NCBI GenBank assembly: GCA_036172245.1
Contig: JAYWIR010000048.1
Span: 682,001 to 746,000, forward strand
DNA length: 64,000 nt
From: Raillietiella orientalis
Lineage: Eukaryota
Direction: 5' to 3'
This document shows, piece by piece, positions 12,880 through 23,689 of this stretch (within the stretch, counting starts at the first letter, position 1; each line of letters begins with the position of its first letter). The position numbers were made by a program, and so were the translations under genes. The notes under the pieces were generated by a model. The model had not been told where the DNA came from. It did not search any database and was given only the letters and a program-made list of their open reading frames with translations.

Positions 12880-13520
12880 TTTGCGGAAAGACACCCGCGC
12901 TTCTCCCCAAGCGACAGGGCTTGCATCCTGATGTGAAAGGAGATGGAGCCACGGCTCCAGTTCAGGATGATGTCGGACAGCTGGAAGCGGCATTGGTTCC
13001 ATCCGAGCGCCCAATCCCGAGGTGTCCTGGAGACTGCCTAGGAACGGCGTCGCCGTTGCCACCTCGCAACCGCGGCCGCATGAGGGCGCTCGGGTTTTCA
13101 CGGAAGCGGATCTCTGGCCTGAGGGAAGAACGTCGCTGGATCTCCTACAGCCCCACAAACCACAACGCCTGATGGCAGGAAACAGTGCGAGCCTGGATCC
13201 GCATCACGCGTACTGCCCACGCAGGTGCTGATACACCCCATCCACAACCTGGCAGTAGCTTCCCTGGACGTATGGTCTCATCGAAAACCTGGAAGCAGCT
13301 TTCTTGGAGGAAGTGGAAAGCGACGGGCGCAAGCTACTGCCATCGCCCTCGCTGTAGCATCTCTGTCCTCCGTACGGGAAAGAAGCGACAGCTGCCAACA
13401 GCCAGCCAGGGTGGGTGACCTCTTGTTCCTCATCAGGAGCGACGACATTGGTTGGCTGGTTCTGCTGGCTGAGTCGGAGACACCTAATGCCCTCAGGAGC
13501 GCTGTTGGTAGCGAGGGAAC
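12880..13520 (+). repeat. Chimeric dispersed repeat (Tx1 RT-thumb piece joined to unrelated sequence), copy A
   Basis: 'gatggagccacggctccagttcaggatga..gacagctggaagcggcattg..cagtgcgagcctggatccgcatcacgcg..ccccatccacaacctggcag' also occurs in reverse complement at ~60380-60860. Confidence 0.75.
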
Positions 13521-14089
13521 GGCTTCGTTGCCACGCGATAGATGGCCATAGCTGCCATAGGTTCCAAATCCCGCTGAAATGGCTGGAGTGTGTTTTGTTT
13601 CACTTCCTTCCTCACTTTGGTGTTCCTCCGAGCGCACGGCATGATATTGAAAGATGTGATACCACGGGCAACGGGCGCTCTTCTAAATGAGAGGCGAGCC
13701 GAGACAACCCAAGAGAGGATACGAAGTAGAAAGAGATCGGAGCACTAAAACGAATGACAGATGCAAAATTTCCTGCTCTTTGGAAGAACAGCGGCCTTCT
13801 CTGGTTACCTGATTGAAACGCATCTACGGAGATGTTCATTCCATCCCAGTTCGATCGGTCGCCTTAGAGTGTGGAGAGCTGCGTCCAGTGTCCCGCATGA
13901 AATAACAGATGCGAGACTCGGGAGATGTTGAGACTGTCGGTCTGTAAGTGTTACTGGATGCTGAGATTCGCGGCGTTTTCATTGTTCATGATGGCGGACG
14001 CAGGGATAAGATGTGGGGTGGGGTGACTCGTTCCTATGAGTGATGACGCAGCAAGACACTGTTTGTTGCTGTTGGTCATAGCGCCTCTT

Positions 14090-15200
14090 TTTGCAACGAT
14101 GCAAAGTGGGGCAGGTTCGGAAGGCGGGTTTTGGATTTCGGGACGGATCGGTAGCATGCAGATTCATGAGACTTCAAATCAAGACACGAAAAATGGAGCT
14201 GCTTGTTGTAGGGTGCTTCCCACGGTAAGTTTCCTGGTCGACAGCACTGGCGGTTCCTGGAACAGGGTCCGACTCCAAATGCTCCCAGACGAACACACTC
14301 AGGGTTTCTTCGGACGTAGGAAACACGCCATTCAGTGTCTTCAGCGGCCATACTGAAAAACGACGTCTCATGATGATTCAGGCATTTGCGTGTCAGCTGT
14401 CCTGTTTCTTTTTTTGCCCCATTGACGATTCAGGGAAACTCAGCGATACTTGTTGAGGATTTTGTCGACGTTCCGGCTTGATTGGGAAATGCAAAGGTTT
14501 TAGAAGGGCACGCTTCTCAGTTGACCGGAACTAACGCCGCGCTGGAAGCGAAACCGTTCGTTCTCAGAGAGCTGAACATCAGATGGCTGAGGAAGAGACC
14601 GATAAAATCCCAAATCCCCAACGAGAAAATCTTGCGAGATGTGGCGTGTAGATGGTTGCAACGGAGAAATCCGTAAGTGGAGCCCACATCCCGTAAGAGT
14701 CACGAAATACTTTTCACCCTGTTAGGAGGCACTATCGCAGGGTCGCAAGGGATCGTGGCTGAAAAGAAGAACGTTGGCCTCGTAGGGCCAAAGAGCAGTC
14801 TGCAGTGGACCATTTTTTATCCAATGATCTACGGAATCTTCATCGCATGCAGATACGGAGTGAAGCAGCAAGTAGTTCCAAGGAGTCCTTTTGCATCTTA
14901 TTAAGGGAGTTTGGAAGCAGTGCGGATGTTTTCTGAAGGAAATCAAGGAATTCTCCATAGAAACAATTCCAAAGCGTGAGAAGCCACCCGAAAATCCAAA
15001 GCAATTCACGCGTGTGCAGTTGGCCCATAGAATACCGTAAACCTATTCTGATTTCAATCAACTGAAACCTTTTGTGTTCCTATTTTTGTACTATACATGT
15101 TTGTTTTATAAATTGACGAGCGTTCCAAGGATGAAGGAGACCCAGGAACGTACCTTAAAACCAGGAATCCCTCACTGCTCACAAGCATATGGCTTATTAC
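14090..15200 (-). pseudogene. Decayed protein tyrosine kinase-like domain, no evident introns
   Basis: Ordered remnants on the minus strand: 'NCFYGEFLDFLQK' (subdomain V); 'H/RSLATLR*CLL' (HRDLATRNCLL); 'VGDLGFYRSL' (IGDFGLSR); 'VWPLKTLNGVFPTSEETLSVFVWEHLESDPVPG' (VIII-IX, PYPG); 'LMNLHATDPSRNPKPAF' (XI). Stops and frameshifts present. Confidence 0.55.
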
Positions 15201-16011
15201 ATATTCATCATTCGCATTAGTTGCCGTGGGTAGAAGACTTTGGAAAGGAATCCAATAAACTTTTGGAAATGAGCAGTGCACACGTAGGAGAAAACGTGCT
15301 GCCTTTTGAAAGGGGCATGAGAAGTCCTCCATTGGCCATAAGCTCTACGGTAATCACTGGATTCTGATTTCGTTTTGATGATTACGTTGTCATGAGGGGA
15401 CAAATAGGGAGTTCCCACGACGGCGAAGAAGCATTTGCTGCCTCCAATAAGCAAGGAATCGTAAGGACAGTAGGAAAGGAGAAGAGAAAGCATGCTCTAC
15501 AGGTCATTTCATTAAAGCTATGGAGGCAAACAAATGGAGTATCGAGTTGGCATGAGGGAACAAAGATGACCATATTATGAGCGAACTTAAAAGTGGGGTT
15601 CTTCTTCAGACAGGAAAACTCCACACGGGTTAGGGATTCATCGCCCGTTCGGGAAAGAACACTCCCTAACAGAAGGATCAGGACAGCAGCTTGCCAAATG
15701 CACATTTCATCTGTGCGCTCGGTCAACAGCCCGGACATGGCAGTGAAATTTGTTGTTTTCCATACGTTTGATTATTCATGTACAATTGAAATATCCTGAA
15801 GTAAACTGAGCACTCATAAAAGGGTCTCAAAGTAATTTTGAAGGTCATTATGTAGTAGTCAATATCTGGTAAGGGATTCATTATAGATGCTCAGAGTCAA
15901 TCCAAACAGATATCAATGTGCATTAGACTGCATGAATATTCAGCTTCTTTCTTGTTATTCAGTTGTGACGTCACAGTTTGCTATAATAAGTACGTCCAAG
16001 GAAGGAAAACC

Positions 16012-16400
16012 GAGCTCTGGTTTGGTTTATTAATACCATAAATGTATAGAATGTAAATAAACGTGTAATATTCTGAAATCGAGCGTTCAAGAAGATAGAG
16101 TTAGAAAATTGAAGACATTTCTCTGGAGGAACTTTGGGCTCCAACTACCCCAATGTCCAGAAGGATTTAACTGCAGCTTCATGAAAAGTTCCTCATCTCA
16201 AATTGGTAGTGTGTGTACTCCACCCATGTCCACTGTTGCAGGGGAAGTGATTCCTTCAGTGGTCCCAGTCCTCTTCCCACCTTACACACGTCTTGGGATC
16301 ATCCCATAGCCGTCCTTGAACCACCGGTGTTTACCCCAGGATTTACGATGGCAAAGATAAGTCGATTTCATCCTCTGGCCAGCCCGGAATAGAAAACAAG
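16012..16400 (-). mobile_element. Possible LINE 3' end (I/Jockey-group-like CCHC remnant)
   Basis: 'DDPKTCVRWEEDWDH*RNHFPC' and 'NVFNFL', ending in AATAAACCAAACCA on the minus strand (~16030-16017). Confidence 0.3.
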
Positions 16401-16989
16401 CAAAAAGGAAAACGAAAAAATTAGCAGGTAGTCCGTCTGGTCAGGATGATGACTGCTGTGTCATTACCCGTTTGCTAGGCACCTGGGTAAGAAGAAGGTA
16501 AGAAGAGCCGGGATGACACAGACTGGAGCAAATTATAATTTGATGGACTGATTGTGTAATGTAACGGACATGCGCATGCAGTCCACTGCAAGGTCACCGT
16601 ATCAAATATGGCGCATGTTTGACAGCCTTCGACTGCCTGTTGGGCACACTTTGTCTTCCACTCTGGCTGGGATCAGAGCGAGGTGACACAGGATGAGTGT
16701 GTGCGTGTGCGCGACATGCTGTTAGTAGAACTTGCTGTTCGGTGTGTTTTCATGTGAATAAAGAGACCTTGCGTAAAAAAAATAAAAGAAAGGTGGGAAA
16801 GAAGGCAAAGTTCATGGCGTTTCGTTATGAATCCACTTTGTTACTAAACATCGGAAGTAAAATTAGGAAAGAAAATTAAAGGAGATATTCGAGAGATTCA
16901 GTGAGCAATATAATAGTGCAGCATCACCATACATCAATGGTAAATTTCGGTCATGCAGAACAGCCTCAAGGTGAACACGAATCTAAAAT

Positions 16990-17600
16990 GGATTCATAGC
17001 ACCGGATACCGACGATTGGTCAAGTGTTTACGTCGAGAAACTTACAAGAAAAATCACTTCCGAGCCTCGTTTTTTTCTGCTCTTTATTCCAGGATGCTCC
17101 CATAGTCAGCAGTGGAACACTGCTGCTTAGAGATGTCTCTAAGCACCCACCAAGGAATTTTCGTTCTGGACGATTCGTATGAATGCCCTTTATAACATGC
17201 ACTCAAGCTCTATCCATCGAGCACACGCACACTGCAAATCGCCAGACGGTGTGAATCTCGTGGCAGCGTGAAAAGTCGGCTTCCACCCCCAAAATACATG
17301 AATTGGCCTTTGGCAAAGAAGGATTTCTCCCGACAGTCACCACAGGAGCATCTCTACACACACGTCACGTGCATGGAAAATTTTGAACGGGATTGTAGTA
17401 CGCTGTGAAGTTCGGGATGACTTCCAAATGATCATGACGATGAGAGAAGAAATCCTCTTAAGGGAAACATGGTGGTTGCGAAGTTGGTGGTGGTTTCCGA
17501 ACGGGAAATTTGAGCGGTTCATCCAGCTGACCAGGGCAGTGAGACATGTCAAAGCAAGACCATTAGGAGTCTTGCAAGGTCGCTCTTCATCGTAAACTAC
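16990..17600 (+). mobile_element. Decayed Gypsy-like integrase remnant
   Basis: 'DTD../GQVFTSRNLQE' resembles TDNGxQFTSxxFQE; 'SAVEH' resembles NGxVER; 'RAHAHCKSP' resembles RxTPHxxTGKSP; distal 'RHVKAR'. Confidence 0.35.
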
Positions 17601-19709
17601 GCGCTTCCACTGCCATGTTTTTCTTGATGAATGGAAGAGGAGAACCCAATGTCAGACACACGGAAGCCACCAATCTTAAACGAACTACGGAGGAAGAAAA
17701 CGAAAGATATCAGCCTAAAGCCCCCCGGAGAGGTGATTTTAACCAGCTGAGCAAGACTTCTGGAAGCATTTTTTTTTTTTCAATTCCACATGCGTGGAGG
17801 TGATTTTTTTTTACCTCTCCCTTCACGTGCTGAAAAAAAGCATAGCACATCGTAAGAAGTAATCGTCTTTCTTTCTTCTGGGAGCAGATTAGCTCTGCCT
17901 CCAGAAAAAGATGATGAAGAAGGAGTGTTATGCAGCCTCGGAATTCTCTCCGGTTGGGAATTCGCAACTTTCGAACAGCCCCAGAGGTGGCAAACAACTC
18001 AGGAAGAAATCTGCGGTTACTTTGACTGAACATTTCGAATTTTCAGACCCCCCCCCCCTCAAAAAAAAAAAAAACAGAGCGGCCAGAGATCGTGGCACCA
18101 AATAAAATTGTAGCGCGTCTCCTTGGAAATCAGAAAGGAGAACGGAGTGCCGTGATTGCTTCCTACGCATATCCAAGCTGAAAGTTGCGAGACCAGGAGT
18201 TTCTCAAGAGGAACCCAGGGGTCAACAGTTGAAGCATTACAATGAAGCTATTTACATTTGGTTCTCGAGATCAAAGAAGGCTGGCGAGACCGAAGAGCGC
18301 AGTTTCTATGGTGACAAACGAGTTTCATCTTAACACGCTTCGGCCACGCCGCTGCGTCGTTTCAGTTAGGTACAGCCAAAGAGGAGCAAATGATGCGTCT
18401 TCGAACGAGACCGAGGGAGTTTCGCTGATGCCGAGATTCCTCGTGAGCACCCTTGAAGCAGTGATCGTGAGGAAGACATTGCCGAAGAGGTGCTCCTTCT
18501 GAGGCTGGATCTCAGATCTCCTCTTGGGAGCCAAAGGAAATGAGAGTGCTTGCCCAAACAAGAGACAACGGCATTTATGGCCTATGGAAAAAGCATTTCC
18601 TCATTGTATTGAGACTACTCTGGAGGCTGCATGCTCTGAAACCCCTTCACCTAACGTGTCGGGAATGAGGATCAGTCGAGCGCGTGAGCATTTCCGCTCC
18701 TGGAGATTCCATCCATCGGCTTATGAAACGTCAACTTCGTGCACTTACTCCCAGCTAAATGTTAGTCAAGGACATCTGACGAAAGGCTGCGCACTCGTCG
18801 GGGTTGAGATTTCTTCTCGCTGGAGTTCTCTTGAAATGAATCTGCATGTAAAGTCGGATTTCATGTAGAAATATGACCATCCAGTCATTCATTCTACAGA
18901 GATACATCTTTACATCTTGTCTATCTGCCGCCTCTGATTTCCCTTGATTCCCGTTTTGTCTTTCCTCAGGTAGCAAGCCAACAATTTTCTCTCGCCGTCG
19001 TTTGCTCCCTATGGGATAATTTTCACAGTAGCAAGGGGAGTATCGCCCCATTCTGCCTCCTAGGAACCAGGACGCTATAGCGGCAGTATAAAACAGTGGA
19101 GTCCACCTCGTAGCCAATCTGCGGACTACAGAAAGACTATGTTCTTGCACAACAGATGGGTCTGCATGCAGGAACAGCTGCGCAGAGGAACCAGCAGATT
19201 GGTCTTGGGCTGTTTTCCGCGAGACAGCGTGGCTTTCCCCGAGAGCATAGAAACGATTCTGCCACTGCATTTTTTGCGGAGGTCTGCTGCTTTCAGATGC
19301 CCATATTGTTTCCTTCTGCTCTTCTTATCTGAATTCCATGTATGGGGGAAACTGAGTTTTCGAAGATCCGATATTCCGACGTTTGAAATCCTAACTGCTG
19401 GTGGATTCTGAGCAGCCTCAAAGACAAAACTGACTTGCACAGGCTTCCTAGGTCGACAGATAAAACACACTGCGTGAACTCACGCAGCGGGTGTGGTCAT
19501 CTGTCGCCGTGGTTTTCGATGTGGTTTCTGGGAGCGCTGGGCGTGCTGCTCAAGGAAGCGTCTGTCGTAACGCACTCATAGAATGCAGAATCGTGTGCAT
19601 GGTGGGAGTAAATGAGAAGTCCATTCACATTGCGGTACCTAAGATGACACGAAAAAGGATACACAAAACAGACCAAGTGGGAACATTCCACCATCATCTT
19701 CTTTCATTA

Positions 19710-20250
19710 CTGGTGATGACCTATACTGGAAAACTTTCGGTTAGGGCACATCATCTCTTTTCTCCCACGTTCCGCAGGCCCCTTAAGAACCCCCAGATCC
19801 CTCAACACCTTGCGTTTCCTCGGATCCCAATATCCCGTATGTCCTACGGCGATTGCTGCCAGGGCAGCAGGCATACAGGGGTGGCAGTTTTCCACAGCCG
19901 TTGCCGAATTCTCGCGAGAGCGGGCAGCTCCCGATATGATTGCCTGCTCTTCGCCTTGGAGCGCCATATCTGGCTTCATGTCCATCAAGTCCATTCCGGG
20001 GGTGGGCCGATTTGAAGGCCACCAGCTCCCCAGTGTTCCGAGGTGGTCTCCTGGACTGGGGTCGCCGGCCCGTCGCGACGATCGCAAAACACCGAACCTT
20101 CAGATTTGCAGGAATCCAGGAGGTCTTGTAGCTTGAAGTGGTCTCAGTCTCGGAGCTGCTCCGGAATTCTGCAGCTGGATCGGTCTACATCCGCTCCGCT
20201 GATACTTTGGAAAGCATCTCTCATTTGCGAATCCGTCTTTTGGAGTAGTG
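19710..20250 (-). mobile_element. RLE-type (NeSL/Utopia-like) non-LTR retrotransposon C-terminal fragment
   Basis: 'DRSSCR..LQDLLDSCK..RRD' (decayed CCHC plus RH), 'MKPDMALQGEEQAII..EN' (PD motif), 'AIAVGHTGYWDPRKRKVLRDLGV' (resembles AxxVGxLGSWDPxNxxVLRxLG). Confidence 0.65.
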
Positions 20251-20473
20251 CTGTGGAAGCGTGTGAGGCAGATTAAAAAAATAGTAGCGGTCTCGCTGAT
20301 GCAGCCCACTTTGCTGCTGTTTCTCGCAAAATTAAGGCAGATGCCTCAGAGAAAAATGAAGAGCGGCACTGGTGAGTTGCTGCTGCTGTTGTTGTTTTTT
20401 TAAAAAAAGAAGCTTCGGCTCTTCGAGACTGTCTGCATCTTTCATCTTTCGTAAGACCGACTGAGAATGAAAA

Positions 20474-20568
20474 ATGAAGGATGCTGTGCACAAGAAAAAG
20501 TTATTCAGCAGAATGCTGTTCCCACGCGTTCTGCTGAATAACTTTTTCGTGTGCACAGCGTCCTTCAT
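20474..20568. repeat. 43-bp inverted repeat (3 mismatches) with 9-nt loop
   Basis: atgaaggatgctgtgcacaagaaaaagttattcagcagaatgc pairs with gcgttctgctgaataactttttcgtgtgcacagcgtccttcat. Confidence 0.95.
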
Positions 20569-20914
20569 CAAATGATTCGGGCCGGGGATCGAGTTGCCCG
20601 GGCTTGCTCATTCTTCGCGTTGAGGGTTCCGGAAGCAAAAAGGACAATGCTGCACCCCATCAAAAGCTGACTGGAACGTAAGCTGATTTCACTTTTATAA
20701 TATGCAACATTGAATAAATGCAAACGTTAACATATGTGAAAATGTAAACATCAAAAACCATAAACCAAATTGCCCAAAAGTTTTAACGAACAACGATTTT
20801 CCCCAGTCCCACATGGGGTGCGGTCAATTTATTTATGATTTTCCCTACAAAACTCTTTCGTTCAAAACAAACTAGAAAAATGCTGGGTTTCACTTTGAAG
20901 TTCACTTCCGGGAG

Positions 20915-21683
20915 TCACTGCACTTTGGTCTGCACTAGGTCGAACTGGACGCTGGGTGTGGCTAGACGCCGTCCTCGATCCTTTTCAGGATGTATCCGTA
21001 CGTCCAGTCTGGCACTTGTCCACCGTTCCTTATGCCGATTTCCTTTTAGGTGATCCCTCGTAGGATCTCCATCGGAAATATGGCTATCCTGGAGGTCCTC
21101 ATCTTCCACCATTCTTCCTATTAGGATGGCAGTGATGAACAGGGCGATGGTTGTGCTCACCATCTGGTTGTAGAGGAGAACGTTTCCGTTTTCCTGGAAC
21201 ATTCCGGCTAGAACTTCCATTTTGGAGATGTTTGGCAGTCTTATGACCCTTTTCAGGGTCTTCCAGTCCTGGTACGTTGTGGGGAAGGTCAGGACGTGAT
21301 GTCTCGTGTCCACGTCACCACACGCCTTTCATTCTTCAACTTTTCTTCTCCCGGTGAAGTTGCATTGTGGATCCACCTAGGATTCTTCCATGATGGAACA
21401 TCAGATCATCCTGGGTGACCGGCGGAAGTTCGCTCCTCCAGAAGTTCACTTCTTGCAATATCCAGCGGGTTGACTGTGTCGCTCCCGTGGCGATGTGCCG
21501 CGTCCTGGAAGGCTCTGGTGTCCATGTCGACCTCAGATATGAGACGGTGAAGGTTATCCTTGTTCATCCTGGACCGCGCGTAGTTATTGTGGTTTTTCCC
21601 CACTTCGCGGGTCAGGTGGGTGAACCATCCTGTCACCACCTCAATGTACCTGAGTACGCGGGAGTGGTGGTGGTAGGTGTCAG
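20915..21683 (-). other. Unidentified coding-like segment (two ORF pieces in different frames, one hydrophobic stretch)
   Basis: Protein-like translations 'VLRYIEVVTGWFTHLTREVGKNHNNYARSRMNKDNLHRLISEVD' and 'HHVLTFPTTYQDWKTLKRVIRL..MVSTTIALFITAILIGR'. They follow an acceptor-like tttatatttcAG at 21684-21695. Family not recognised. Confidence 0.35.
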
Positions 21684-23261
21684 CTGAAATATAAATATAT
21701 CAGAGTGGGAATTAAATAACAATTGATCTGAATTCGACCTTCCCATAATTTGAAGTGTGCGAATTGAAAACCAGGAAACAAACATTGACTGATCAGCGCC
21801 ATCTTTTGAATACAGCACGAAGTGTCCGTTCAAATGCGAAGCGCCGGTTCAACGAGATTGCGCAGTTTCAGCCACGCGAGTGGTAAAGCGAAATGAAACG
21901 TTTTTCCGTTTGGCCACTACGTGTTCGATTCTAATTACTCAGGGAACGACTGTGGGATGTGATCTGACGGGATGAATTCCGTGAAGCTCGGCGGAAAGCA
22001 AAGAGCGGAAACTGCCTTGCAGATCTGGCACCCTCAAAGCCCTAAACCGAATTCGGGCTGCGTTCTTTTTCACACAAGAAAAACAAACAAGGAATCGCAT
22101 CAACGGATTAAAGATAGCTTCGTCAGATGGAGAACGGGGAGGTTCTTTTCGTGGATCAAACATCGGTCAGCTTGGAATTTCCTTCTTTTGGTTCGTTGGG
22201 CCGTTAAGTGATAATCTGGCACTCGGTCAGAGTGGATGAAGTCTGCTGAAAATGTTTTTTTTTTTGCCCTCAATTGAGGGACACACTGCACTCAGCCGAG
22301 GACTTGCGGAAGTGACGTTTAAGGGACCGGTTTATGGGATGAATACATTAGTCCTTGGATGCTGGTTCTCGAGGAACTTCTCAAAATTGGGATTCGAAGG
22401 AAAGGGATGCAAACGGGAATCTGCATGGGAAAATGACTCCAAGGAACGGCCCCTGCGCGCAACCCACCGAGTACTGGCAGCACTGCTGACAGCTCCTGAA
22501 ATTTGCACCGTATTTTGCCAAAAGCAGGAATAAAACACAGCAAGCGATAATCACGTGAAAGGCATAAGGAGCAATTTTTGCAATGCAGAGGGACTTTCGC
22601 CGAAGATCTGAACAGCGCGCTTCTGGAAGTTTCTTTGACTTGTGTTCGTGTTCGGCATGCACGGCATCCTACTCTGGGATCGAACACTCAGAGAAGGTCC
22701 ATTTCTCGTTCCCTTGGAAACGAATCGCTACACTGTAAACTGAATCATTTGATGTAGCCGCCCCATTCAGTGCTGCACTGGATCTTTCTTCCCACTGCTT
22801 CCCACAGTGCGTTCGAGAAAGTCTTCCCTGTTGTCTGTGAGGAAAATACATCTTTCGTCATGAATCCTGCAATCGCAAGGCGCACTCTGCGAAGCCAAAG
22901 GCTTTCTTCCTTTTTTTTCCCCACTCCGGAAATTCACTCTTCTTCCGCTCGCAAAGATCTGATCCTTCGAAGTGGACGCCCTACGCCGGGAACAAAACTT
23001 CCGCCCAAACGGACACCACATCTCTTCATAATTCAGCGGACACTGGACACCTTATTGCTGTTTCCACGGCGAGAAGCTCCGCAGCCGAGTGTTTGTTGGT
23101 ATTCGTCCGTGAGGCTCGTGGACGCAAGCGGCTGCGAGGACATCCTAAGGATAATGGTGTAATGCTAATAGAACTGATGCGACATGCTTGTCGCACAGAG
23201 AAAACTGTTCAGTTGCATGCTCTATGGGAGCTTCAGCGCTTCCCATCGTGCCTGTTCGAGC

Positions 23262-23385
23262 ACGGCAGTGGGGGAAGCCGGAAACCGGATGTCCCTGTTG
23301 ACTGGCCGGGATTAGGAGTTGAACCTCCGGGCTCCTTTCAGGAATCAAGGAACCTTGCTGGATTCGCGGGGCTCTTTCTCCGGGA
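23262..23385 (+). mobile_element. Internal fragment of the long SINE
   Basis: 'cggcagtgggggaagccggaaaccggatg..gttgactggccggga..caggaatcaaggaacc' matches the SINE mid-body. Confidence 0.65.
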
Positions 23386-23455
23386 TTAACCCCTAACTTG
23401 GAGAGTTACACACCCTCGGGTAGCGCGGAAGGCATTTGAAGACCTTTCTTATAGC

Positions 23456-23483
23456 CACACACACACACACACACACATCACAC
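23456..23483. repeat. (CA)n microsatellite
   Basis: About 11 consecutive CA units plus a short imperfect extension. Confidence 0.95.
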
Positions 23484-23689
23484 TGAGGAGAACAGGGCGA
23501 ACTACACTTCAACACTTGGCGAACAGGAAAGAAAAAAAAAATAGTAAAGATGGAAGGGGAGCGAGGGAAACTGAACCCAAGAACATTATCCCATTATTTC
23601 CAAAATCAGTGGAGATTTTGATTTCCTGACCACCTGGGCTCCCAATCGGACTTTCCCCTTGAACTCTGGAGGTCCCTCGGAAGGAAAAG

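Noticed and set aside
16280..16375. Papain-like 'SWG..W..DGYG' motif on the minus strand
   Set aside because: No catalytic Cys or His context nearby; adjacent CCHC-like remnants and the tail fit a LINE end better.
16556..16790. Solo LTR (TG start, AATAAA)
   Set aside because: No clear CA end, TSD, primer-binding site or second copy in the window.
18200..19470. Possible gag zinc knuckle ('QYGHLKAAD..C') and 171-aa ORF
   Set aside because: Cys spacing is not preserved and there are no supporting downstream motifs.
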